In this document: in pieces, positions 31,831 to 40,320 of the stretch | Layout: every line of letters begins with the position of its first letter | Position numbering within the stretch: position 1 is the stretch's first letter | Source of the DNA: Bryobacterales bacterium | GTDB lineage: Bacteria > Acidobacteriota > Terriglobia > Bryobacterales > UBA6623 | Length of the DNA: 64,000 bases | Assembly: GCA_965208945.1 (NCBI GenBank) | Contig: OZ242366.1 | Coordinates: 1,619,827 to 1,683,826 of the forward strand | Reading direction: 5' to 3' | Translations under genes and position numbers: made by a program | The notes under the pieces: generated by a model | Database searches by the model: none | The model's input: the letters and a program-made list of their open reading frames with translations, nothing else | What the model was told of the DNA's origin: nothing

Positions 31831-32844
31831 TTAGGGTTGGCTTGAGGTCGCGCGAGACTCCGCATCTGCCGGCTTTCCAGTTGCTGCCTGAGTCTTCAGA
31901 CGGGCCAGAGTTTTAAGAGTCAGCGCCGCTCGCTCCGAATCGGGATGGCGGGCTATGTAGTCTTCCAGTTCGCGAATGGCTGCGGCCACTTTGCCTTGAC
32001 GGCTGTAGATCTCCGCCAACGTCACCTGCGGAAGGCTGAAGTGGCCGGGATCGATCCCCTTGGCTGTTTGAAGATACTTGATCGCCTGCGCGTTGCTGCC
32101 CAGGAAAAAGTGGTTGAGACCGAGTTGGGAGTTGGCAAGCGCGTCGTCGGGCCGCAGAGTTACCGCGTAGCGATTGTATCCAAGTGCTTCGCTATGGCGT
32201 CCCAGCGCGAGTAGCGCCGCACCCATGTTGACGACAGGACCGAAGGCGTCCGATTGAAGATCCAAGGCTTCGCGGAAATAGTCCTCTGCTTGGGCGTGTT
32301 CGCCATTTTGATACGCGATAGTCCCCAGTTGATTCCAGGCTTCAACGAACTGCGGCGACATCTCAACGGCCTTTTTCAGATGCGCCACGGCGCCCTTGAC
32401 GTCGTGCTTCTCAAGTCGCTGGTTGGCTTTGACAAACTCTGCGCGCGCGTGTCTCGAAACCGAGAGTTCTCGCACTGAGACCGTGTGGTTTTCCATCGTC
32501 TGCCGCTCCCGCGCCTGTTTGGAGCGCTTCACGACAATAGTGATCTCGACGCGATTCTTTTTGTCCGCGAAGCTGGGAGTGACTTCGACCGAGCGGCGTT
32601 GCTCACCCCACTTCGGGTGAAACACGATGAGCGCGTAGCCGCCCGGCTTGATTTTCTTGAAGCGGAAACGGCCCTTGAGGTCGCTGAGTGTCTGCGTGTG
32701 GAAAGGCCGGTCGGCCGACTGCAGGCCGACCCAGGCCGACCGTAGCGGTGGAACGATCCGGCCCCTCAATTCCAGGTCGCTTGCGGCAACCGGAGCGGGA
32801 GTGGTCCCCAGGGCAATCAGCGCCGAAAGAAGCCAGGTTCGCAT
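31831..32844 (-). CDS. secreted carboxypeptidase-regulatory-like domain plus TPR-repeat protein
   Basis: Signal peptide, then a GRFRFKKIKPGGYALIVF beta-sandwich block, then several TPR-like A..Y..AL repeats. Confidence 0.72.
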   Translation of the reverse strand: MRTWLLSALIALGTTPAPVAASDLELRGRIVPPLRSAWVGLQSADRPFHTQTLSDLKGRFRFKKIKPGGYALIVFHPKWGEQRRSVEVTPSFADKKNRVEITIVVKRSKQARERQTMENHTVSVRELSVSRHARAEFVKANQRLEKHDVKGAVAHLKKAVEMSPQFVEAWNQLGTIAYQNGEHAQAEDYFREALDLQSDAFGPVVNMGAALLALGRHSEALGYNRYAVTLRPDDALANSQLGLNHFFLGSNAQAIKYLQTAKGIDPGHFSLPQVTLAEIYSRQGKVAAAIRELEDYIARHPDSERAALTLKTLARLKTQAATGKPADAESRATSSQP

Positions 32845-32847
32845 CGG

Positions 32848-34326
32848 TTACCCTGCCCGCCGCTTCTTCAAGAGCGGAAGTAGAAGGCTCAGGATGGTGG
32901 CCACCATGAAGAAGACGACGATGGAACTGCTGGTCAAGGTGCCCAGCCAATCACCGCGGCCAAGGATCAGTGCGCGCCGCAGGTTTGATTCCATCATAGG
33001 TCCTAGGATCAGCCCCAACACGAGGGGCCCCAACGGCACATCCGCCTTGCGTAACAGGAAACCGACGATCCCGGCCACGAACATCGCCCAGACGTCGACA
33101 ACAGCGTTGTTCAGAGCATACGACCCGATCGCACCGAACATCACGATGCCTGCCCAGAGCCACGGGCTGGGAATCCGCAGGGCGCGCGCCAGCGGCTTCG
33201 CACCGAGCAGACCCACCACCATCATCACGATTGAGGCGAAGGCCATCAGAAACACGATGCTGAAAACGAAATCGCGGTGGTCGCGAAACAGCAACGGTCC
33301 CGGTTGTATGCCGTGAATCAGCAACGCGCCGATCAGTACCGCCGAGACCGCATCTCCCGGGATGCCCAGCGTCAACATGGTCGTCATCGCGCCGCCGATC
33401 GCTCCATTGCACGAGGAGCAACTGGCCGCCAGTCCTTCCAACGATCCCTTGCCGAATGCCTCTTTGTTGCGCGACAAACGACGGGCTTGTTCCCAGGCGA
33501 TCACCGAACCGATATCGCCGCCCGCTGCAGGTACAGCGCCGACGAACGTGCCAATGCCTGCGCCGGTAAACGTCGAGGGCAACATCCGCTTCCATTCCAA
33601 CCACTCAGGCCAGATGCGGCCCAGCTTGGACGGCGCTTGGTCGAGCTTGCCCCAGCGGTCTGAAATCTGAATCAGCACTTCTGCCAATCCGAACAAACCG
33701 ATCATCACGGGCACGAACGAGATGCCGTCCAGAAATTCAGATTGGCCGAAGGTGTAGCGCGGGTAGGCGGTCATCGGATCGAGGCCGACCGTCGCGATCC
33801 CCAGTCCCAGCATGCCGGCCAACATGCCCTTGATCACACGGTCTCCGGATACTCCGGCCATCAGGCTGATTCCGAACAACGCCAACCCGAAATATTCCGC
33901 AGGACCGAACCGCAGCGCGAAGCTTGCGATGGGGAATGCCGCCACCGCGAGGAAGAAGATACTCGTAAGCTGCCCGACGGCCGAGAGCAGAGCATTGATG
34001 CCGAGGGCCAAACCGGCCTGCCCTTTCTGCGAGAGAGCGTAGCCGTCCCACGACGTCGCGATCGAGGCAGGCGTTCCCGGGACGTTGATGAGAATCGCGG
34101 GGATGCCGCCCGCCGGGATTGCTCCGCAGTAGATCCCGAGTAGCATCGCCAGGCCCTGCTCGGCGGATACCCAGAACGTGAGCGGGGTCAGCACCGCTAC
34201 GCCCATGGTCGCGGTCAGGCCCGGCAGGGAGCCGAATATAGCGCCCAGCACGACACCTACTGCGAGAAACAACAGGACTTCCCACTGCAGCACGGCCGTC
34301 AGTCCTGCGAGTAGATCCGCCGTCAT
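32848..34326 (-). CDS. tctA: tripartite tricarboxylate transporter permease, large subunit
   Basis: Polytopic TctA family protein. The start was moved to ATG 34326 (MTADLLAGL...); the 56-aa upstream extension is Arg-rich non-coding-like sequence. Confidence 0.9.
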   Translation of the reverse strand: MTADLLAGLTAVLQWEVLLFLAVGVVLGAIFGSLPGLTATMGVAVLTPLTFWVSAEQGLAMLLGIYCGAIPAGGIPAILINVPGTPASIATSWDGYALSQKGQAGLALGINALLSAVGQLTSIFFLAVAAFPIASFALRFGPAEYFGLALFGISLMAGVSGDRVIKGMLAGMLGLGIATVGLDPMTAYPRYTFGQSEFLDGISFVPVMIGLFGLAEVLIQISDRWGKLDQAPSKLGRIWPEWLEWKRMLPSTFTGAGIGTFVGAVPAAGGDIGSVIAWEQARRLSRNKEAFGKGSLEGLAASCSSCNGAIGGAMTTMLTLGIPGDAVSAVLIGALLIHGIQPGPLLFRDHRDFVFSIVFLMAFASIVMMVVGLLGAKPLARALRIPSPWLWAGIVMFGAIGSYALNNAVVDVWAMFVAGIVGFLLRKADVPLGPLVLGLILGPMMESNLRRALILGRGDWLGTLTSSSIVVFFMVATILSLLLPLLKKRRAG

Positions 34327-34334
34327 CTCCGCAT

Positions 34335-34781
34335 TTACTCCAGCGACACCCGCAGCCCGTATTGGAAGGCGGCCGCGATGGCCGCGGTCAGCACGGCGGC
34401 GACCGTAAGGCTTGCTCGCCACGACTGCACAAGGAATCGCAGGAACAGAACCACGAAAACGAAGGTTCGCAGCGTGAAAAAGCCCGTGCCCCACAGCAGG
34501 AGATAAACGAACGTCAGCCCGACAACCCCGCCGATCACACGCCCGTGCGACAGCACGAAAGCGCTCGCCGAAGACCCGCGCAATGCTTTCAGGAGCAACG
34601 CGGAACTCAGCAGGACCGTGACCACACCAATGATGCGTGGAAAGAAACCGGCGCCGGGAAGCCCTCCGGAATCAGCCGGAAGGGCCGCCGCGCTCACCGT
34701 CAGGTAGACGCCCAGCACCAGGAAAAGCCCTCCGACAACTAAGTCCGTCCGACTTCTCATCCTGCTTGAAGTTCGGCTCAT
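34335..34781 (-). CDS. tctB: tripartite tricarboxylate transporter small subunit
   Basis: 148 aa with 4 hydrophobic segments, positioned between tctC and tctA. Confidence 0.75.
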   Translation of the reverse strand: MSRTSSRMRSRTDLVVGGLFLVLGVYLTVSAAALPADSGGLPGAGFFPRIIGVVTVLLSSALLLKALRGSSASAFVLSHGRVIGGVVGLTFVYLLLWGTGFFTLRTFVFVVLFLRFLVQSWRASLTVAAVLTAAIAAAFQYGLRVSLE

Positions 34782-34791
34782 GCGATTGCGG

Positions 34792-35757
34792 TTAGCGCTC
34801 GAGAGTCAGCAGCTGCGGGATTTCCCTCCCAAAGAACGCGGCCTCCTCGAGCGCGAATTCCCGAAACTCCTTGCGGCCCATGAACACCGCCTCCATGCCG
34901 CGCTCCCTGCACAGCCGCGCCCACTCGGACGAAGAGAAGCCTTTCCGGAACGCCTTCTCGAGCCGCTCCAGGATGGCATCTGGAACACCCCCGGGAGCAA
35001 AAAAACCGCTCCAGGCCGGCGCGCCGAAGTGGTAGCCCAGTTCATAGCTCGTCGGCGTTTCAGGATACAGTTGCGACCGCGACTCATCCAGCACGGCCAA
35101 CGCTTTCAGCCGGCCCGCCTTGACATTGGCAATGGCCTCCCCAGTGCCGGCGATCACCGCGTCCACGTGTCCGCCCAGCAATGAAGCCAACGATCGCGAC
35201 GTGCCGCCGTACGGCACATACGTGACACGAATATCCGCCGCCTGCTCCAGCAACAGCGCGTTGAAGTGCCAGATCGACCCCGTGCCGGCATGGGCCAGGA
35301 TCAGCCCTCCGCGCTGCTTCCTGGCCGCCTCGATGAAGTCCTCGAACGAGTTCCACGGCGCGTCTTCCCGGACGACGAGAACTGCGGGCGTCTTCGAGAC
35401 AAGACAGATCAGGCCCATGTTGTCGGGCCCGACATCCGCGTAACCTAGAGTACGGACGATTGCGATTTCGATCGATGCGTGGCCCAGCGTATATCCGTCA
35501 GGCGCACGGCGCGCTACGTAGGAGAAGGCCAGTGCTCCGCTCGCGCCGGGTTTGTTCTCACAGACGACCGGCACGCCCAGATCCTTTTCGATCAGGCTGC
35601 CCATGAACCGCGAGACGGTATCGGAGATCCCGCCCGGAGAAGCCTGCACGATCAGTTTCAGTTCCTTCGAAGGGTAGGGGCCGTCCCCGTGGCGGCACGA
35701 CACGGCGAAGAGCAAGATCGCGGCGGCTAGGGCCTGCACCGCAAACCGTCTGTTCAT
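34792..35757 (-). CDS. tctC: tripartite tricarboxylate transporter substrate-binding protein (Bug family)
   Basis: MNRRFAVQALAAAILLFAVSC lipoprotein-type signal. Bug/TctC blocks (YPSKELKLIVQASPGGISD, FAPGGVP). The start was moved to ATG 35757. Confidence 0.88.
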   Translation of the reverse strand: MNRRFAVQALAAAILLFAVSCRHGDGPYPSKELKLIVQASPGGISDTVSRFMGSLIEKDLGVPVVCENKPGASGALAFSYVARRAPDGYTLGHASIEIAIVRTLGYADVGPDNMGLICLVSKTPAVLVVREDAPWNSFEDFIEAARKQRGGLILAHAGTGSIWHFNALLLEQAADIRVTYVPYGGTSRSLASLLGGHVDAVIAGTGEAIANVKAGRLKALAVLDESRSQLYPETPTSYELGYHFGAPAWSGFFAPGGVPDAILERLEKAFRKGFSSSEWARLCRERGMEAVFMGRKEFREFALEEAAFFGREIPQLLTLER

Positions 35758-35915
35758 TCCCTGTCCGAGCATCCTCGACAGCATAGTCGAGTGGAGTCCG
35801 GGTCTCAAGTTTGCCGAGGCGGTGGATCGCGATGAGCAGTCGGGCCGGAGACGATCATCGTCAGTCGGCAGAGGAAGACGCTGAGTGCTGCGCCTTCTTG
35901 GGTGTCCGAGTAGTG

Positions 35916-36605
35916 TCAAAGCCGGCAGGCAATGACTCTTGCCGGCAGCACGTTTCTCCAGACAATGGTCGTGCTGACCGTTCGGAAGTAACTGCCCAGG
36001 AGCACGCGAAGGTCGAAGAACTCGACTTTGTGCTTGCCGTTGCCATTGCTCTGGAGCCACCGCAAGCCGTGCAGGTATTGGAATTGCGTGAAAACGCTCC
36101 GCTCATCGAGGAAAGGCATCAGCCCCTGCATGATCTCATGGCAGATGGATTCGTCCATCATGCCGAATCCCAAAGACGAGAGGACAGCGTCAATGCGGCG
36201 GTAACCTCTACGCCGCAGTTCAACCCCGGCGTTTTCTGCACCCGACGCTACGACTTCCAGACGTGGATCGTTGATCTCTGCCTGTAGGTAGTTCACGAAC
36301 CGTGGGTTGATCTCGAACGCCAGAATCCGAGCATCTGTGGGGATCAGTTCGAGGAGCTGGCGCGTCATGACTCCCGTTCCGGGGCCGAATTCGACCACGA
36401 CTTCGGCTTCCTCCAAGGGGAGCGGCTTCACCATGGCTCGCGCCAGATAGCGTGAGCTTGGGATGATGGAAGCCGTGGCGTGGAAGTCGGTGAGCGCCTC
36501 CTGCACGAACGCGATCCGGCTCGCACTGCCTTTGTATCCTTTCCGGGCAGTGCCAACAAGGTGGGAACTCCGAGAACGAGGGTCGATCATATTACAGCCC
36601 TGCAA
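35916..36605 (-). CDS. class I SAM-dependent methyltransferase (RrnaAD / phospholipid N-methyltransferase-like)
   Basis: IIPSSRYLARAM...VVEFGPGTGVMT...ILAFEINPRF. Confidence 0.75.
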   Translation of the reverse strand: MQGCNMIDPRSRSSHLVGTARKGYKGSASRIAFVQEALTDFHATASIIPSSRYLARAMVKPLPLEEAEVVVEFGPGTGVMTRQLLELIPTDARILAFEINPRFVNYLQAEINDPRLEVVASGAENAGVELRRRGYRRIDAVLSSLGFGMMDESICHEIMQGLMPFLDERSVFTQFQYLHGLRWLQSNGNGKHKVEFFDLRVLLGSYFRTVSTTIVWRNVLPARVIACRL

Positions 36606-36782
36606 TGTTGTTGCGCTTGATTGCCGTGTTCAATGTAGCATCAAGTACGCCTCCACGCTCCAGCAGGCTCGCTCGTCCTGACAGACCTCTCCACATTTCG
36701 CCTCGTCGCGAGGTGAGAAACGCAGGTCCCTGATGCTGAGCAAGTCCCTTCTCCAGTAGACTGTCGCTGAGCAACCCTCTGC

Positions 36783-37337
36783 ATGACCGATCTGGAACAA
36801 CTCTTGCATCTCCTCCGGAAGAACTCTCTCCGTTACGGCGATTTTACTCTTGCCTCCGGCCAAAAAAGCAATGTCTACGTGGACGCGCGCCTGACGACCT
36901 TGCGCGCCGAGGCAATGCCGCTGATCGGGCGGGCTTTCCTCGCGAAGTTTCGAGAACGCGGCTGGGAACCCAGGGCCGTCGGTGGGCTCACGATGGGTGC
37001 GGACCCCGTCGTCACCGCAATCGCCCGCGAGTCGCTCGACACCGGCAGGCCCATCAACGCCTTCCTGGTTCGAAAAGAGGCGAAGCGGCATGGGCGGCTT
37101 GGCTCGCTGGTAGGCATCGATGATACCGAGGGCTTGCAAGTCGTCATCGTCGACGATGTGTTCACGACGGGCGGTTCCACGATCAAGGCGATCGAGCGCG
37201 CCAGAGAAGCCGGCATGGACGTGCTCGGTGCGGTTGCGCTCGTCGACCGCGAACAGGGCGGTCGCCGGAACATCGAGGCGATCGGTTGTTCTTTCGACCG
37301 CATACTCACCATGAAAGATTTATTGGGACGGAGTTGA
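36783..37337 (+). CDS. pyrE: orotate phosphoribosyltransferase
   Basis: YGDFTLASGQKSNVYVD ... VVIVDDVFTTGGS (PRPP-binding motif). Confidence 0.93.
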   Translation: MTDLEQLLHLLRKNSLRYGDFTLASGQKSNVYVDARLTTLRAEAMPLIGRAFLAKFRERGWEPRAVGGLTMGADPVVTAIARESLDTGRPINAFLVRKEAKRHGRLGSLVGIDDTEGLQVVIVDDVFTTGGSTIKAIERAREAGMDVLGAVALVDREQGGRRNIEAIGCSFDRILTMKDLLGRS

Positions 37338-37362
37338 TGCGGGCACCGCTCTGATTGCGGGT

Positions 37363-38724
37363 CTACAGAAACGGCATGATCATCGAGAACACCTGGGTCA
37401 GAATCAAGCCCGACACGCCCATGATGGCCAATAACGGAGTCCAGGTCTTCAGGGCCTCCATTTCCGTGAAGCCGGACATTTGTTTGTAGACCCAGAAACC
37501 GCTGTCATTCATCCACGACCCGATCAGTGATCCCGAGCCGATCGCGCACGCCACGTAAACCGGGTGGTAGGGCGGCGGCGACGCGATGATCAGCGGCGCC
37601 ATGATCGACGATACGGTGATCATCGTGACCGTTCCGGACCCCTGAGCGACCTTGATCAGCGCAGCGAGCAACCCGCTCAGCAACAGGAACGGGATACCGA
37701 AGTCGTGCGCCAGGTTACCCAGCATCGTCCCCACCTCGGCCTTCACCAACATACCCCCGAACGATCCACCCGCCGCTGTGATCAAGATGATCAAGCCGCC
37801 GCTTGCGAACGCCGTTTCAACCGGTTTCGCCAACTCACTCAGGCTGTACCCCTTCTGGCTTGCCAGTAAATAGAGCGAAATTGCCGCCGACGCCAGTAGA
37901 GCGAAGTTCGGGTTCCCCAAGAAACCGGTTACGCCCGCGATCGCGCTCGTCTTGTCGATGGCGTTCACCGCCGTGTTGGAAGTAATGAAGATCACCGGCA
38001 GCACGATGGGAAGGATGGACATGAAGAAGCTGGGCAGGCGGCTTTCTTCTTCCTTGGCCAGAGCCTCGAGTTCGGTCAACGTCAGCCCGGCCGTCTCGCG
38101 AAGCGGAATATCCAGCGCGCGGTCGCGGTTTTTTGCAAACAGCCAGCCGACGATCGACATGGGCACGCCGACGAGCGCGCCAACGAGTATCATCATTCCC
38201 AAATCGAAGTCGAGCGTCGCCGCCATCGCGAGTGGTCCCGGTGTCGGCGGAACCAAGCTGTGCGTCACGGCCCCGCCGGCGCAAATGGCCATCACGAAAA
38301 GCACGTAGTTGCCGCCCATCCGCACGCGCATGGCGCGGGCCAGCGGCACCAGCAGATAGAAGACCGTGTCGAAGAATACGGGCACCGAGAGCACGTAGCC
38401 GCTGCTGAGCAAGGAAAGCGAAGCGTTCTTCTTGCCCAGCAGGCGGACGAACACCCTGACAATCCTATCCGCCGCGCCGCTCTCCATCAGGCACTGCCCG
38501 ATCAGCGCCGCCAGCGCGATGACAATCCCGATCCCACCGCATACTCGGCCAAACGCGCCCGCCACTTCGGGCATCACTTCTCCCAAAGCCACCTTCGATG
38601 ACAGCAGCCCCACAATGGTAGCCGCGGTGATCAGCGCCATGAAAGCGTTGATCTTCATGCGGATGATCAAGACGAAGACGACGGCGATCGCGATCGCCAG
38701 TACAGCGAGCGGGTGAATCTCCAT
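37363..38724 (-). CDS. GntP-family permease (gluconate:H+ symporter family)
   Basis: Polytopic protein of about 450 aa with GntP-like N- and C-terminal blocks. The start is taken at MEIHPLAVL (38724). Confidence 0.87.
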   Translation of the reverse strand: MEIHPLAVLAIAIAVVFVLIIRMKINAFMALITAATIVGLLSSKVALGEVMPEVAGAFGRVCGGIGIVIALAALIGQCLMESGAADRIVRVFVRLLGKKNASLSLLSSGYVLSVPVFFDTVFYLLVPLARAMRVRMGGNYVLFVMAICAGGAVTHSLVPPTPGPLAMAATLDFDLGMMILVGALVGVPMSIVGWLFAKNRDRALDIPLRETAGLTLTELEALAKEEESRLPSFFMSILPIVLPVIFITSNTAVNAIDKTSAIAGVTGFLGNPNFALLASAAISLYLLASQKGYSLSELAKPVETAFASGGLIILITAAGGSFGGMLVKAEVGTMLGNLAHDFGIPFLLLSGLLAALIKVAQGSGTVTMITVSSIMAPLIIASPPPYHPVYVACAIGSGSLIGSWMNDSGFWVYKQMSGFTEMEALKTWTPLLAIMGVSGLILTQVFSMIMPFL

Positions 38725-38864
38725 GGCGGGGAATCTTAGCAAGTTGTCATGGGTCTGTCCACTGTTGTTGACGGGAAATCCTTGTTTGCGAGTAGCTTAC
38801 GGCATCGCTGCCCCTTCCTGCGCCCGGTGATTCCCTATACTGGTTTCTGGAGGATCTCAATAAC

Positions 38865-39188
38865 ATGTCGGACGAACACAGTGGAACGAATGTCGTCTGG
38901 TTCCTGACCGGAGCCGCGCTGGGCGCGTCGATTGCCCTGCTGCTGGCTCCGCAAACGGGCACCGAAACACGGCGGCTGGTCAAGCGGCGGGCCGTCGAGG
39001 GCCGAAGCGCCCTGATGCGGGGTGGCCGCGAAGCCTACGAGCACGGCCGGGAACTGTACGAAAAGGGCAAGGAACTTGCCGACGAAGCCAGCGGTGTGGT
39101 CGAGCGCGGCAAGGAAGCGGTTTCCAAGGTGGCAACACGAGTTCGTCCAGCCAAAGGCAGCGACGAAGCGGCGGCGGAGACAACCTAG
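38865..39188 (+). CDS. YtxH domain-containing protein
   Basis: VVWFLTGAALGASIALLLAPQTGTETR is typical of the YtxH N-terminus. Confidence 0.8.
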   Translation: MSDEHSGTNVVWFLTGAALGASIALLLAPQTGTETRRLVKRRAVEGRSALMRGGREAYEHGRELYEKGKELADEASGVVERGKEAVSKVATRVRPAKGSDEAAAETT

Positions 39189-39373
39189 GGACATCGATCC
39201 GGGTATGCGGGGAGCCCGTCAGGGAACAATATCCAAGTCCGGGGACCTTTGGCGAGCCGCAAGCACCGTCGTTGGGAACTACCGGTCGACTGGAAGTCCC
39301 GGCTTTCTCAAGTATGGTTTCGTCGTGCTTTCCCACAGCGGACGTTGTACGGACAGCCTGTCGCGCCAACGCT

Positions 39374-39638
39374 CTAGCCTGCATTTCTCACCACGTGGCG
39401 AGGCGAAGTGGGTGAGAGGGCAGCCAGGACGAGGCGCAAGCCGGGCGGAGGAAAAAGGCGCGCGCAGGCGTACTTGCCAAATCGCCTCCTTCATCCCTCG
39501 GGTCACGAAACACGGCCTCTCCGGTTCACCGGCCATCAGACATTTCTTCTGGAGCGAACTAGGCCCCCGTCAAGGGTTTTCACGAATCACGGCCTTTTCT
39601 CGCGTGCTCCGACCGGCAGGTGGTGAGAAATGCAGGCT
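39374..39638 (+). repeat. R1 long variant (R1b, ~265 bp, different core plus heptamer tract)
   Basis: The left end is the same as R1 (ctagcctgcatttctcaccacgtggcgaggcgaagtg). The core is ..atcgcctccttcatccctcgggtcacgaaacacggcc..ggccatcagacatttcttctggagcgaac..ggttttcacgaatcacggcctttt. The right end is ggtggtgagaaatgcaggc. Confidence 0.85.
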
Positions 39639-39683
39639 CACGGTTACTTCGGACGTTGCGTTACCTCGTATACTCAAGGGGCT

Positions 39684-39917
39684 ATGCCGATTTTCGAGTA
39701 CCATTGCTCCGATTGCGACACGCGGTTCGAGTGGCTCGTGTTGAACCGCCGCGTCGAAGATCCGAGTTGCACCGAGTGCGGCAGTGCGACCGTCAGGAAA
39801 GTCCACTCTACTTTTGCTGCCCAGACGATAAACGGATCGAGTGTGGGAGCGTCGGAGGCTCCTTCTGACGGCCTCTGCAACACCTGCGGCGTGCCGGGCC
39901 CGTGCGCGATGAACTGA
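39684..39917 (+). CDS. FmdB-family zinc-ribbon protein
   Basis: MPIFEYHCSDCDTRFE...CTECGS (CxxC...CxxC). The ATG at 39630 of the listed ORF lies inside R1 and was rejected. Confidence 0.8.
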   Translation: MPIFEYHCSDCDTRFEWLVLNRRVEDPSCTECGSATVRKVHSTFAAQTINGSSVGASEAPSDGLCNTCGVPGPCAMN

Positions 39918-40135
39918 CCGAGATACTCCTCTAACTGGCGACTGAGGTGCTCGATACGGCCGCCATGCCGCGATCGAGTCCACAGCAGAGGCTTACGAAA
40001 GGGAGCGGTGCAGGCATCGTCATCTGCGGATTCTCCATCACGCACCCCCTCACCGCCAAACCGGCCCGGCCTGCCCGCTGCGGTCTCGGAGGCAGCCTGC
40101 AGCGTGAAACGTTGCTGGTCATCCTCGCCATTCAC

Positions 40136-40320
40136 TTAGCCTGCATTTCTCACCACGTGGCGAGGCGAAGTGCGTGAGAGGGCCGTCAGGACGAGGCGCG
40201 CGCCGCTTGGCGCGCGCAGACGTACTTGAACAGTACGTTGAGCACGGCAAGCAAGCGCAACGAAGTCCTGGCGGTCGTATCGTGTGCTTCGACCGTCGGG
40301 TGGTGAGAAATGCAGGTTAG
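40136..40320 (+). repeat. R1 hairpin element, complete (archetype, 185 bp)
   Basis: ttagcctgcatttctcaccac ... gtggtgagaaatgcaggttag. Internal perfect hairpins are gcgcgcgcc-gctt-ggcgcgcgc and acgtact-tgaac-agtacgt. Confidence 0.92.

Noticed and set aside
32848-36060. Long N-terminal extensions of the listed ORFs for tctA (to 34494) and tctC (to 36060). Similar extensions occur for the Gfo/Idh/MocA gene (to 23429), xth (to 12249), the FHA phosphatase (to 49365), the Fe-ADH gene (from 42080) and the IS110 transposase (from 51386).
   Set aside because: The extensions are Arg/Pro-rich, overlap neighbouring genes or repeats, and precede obvious native N-termini (signal peptides, Tat motifs, conserved first blocks).
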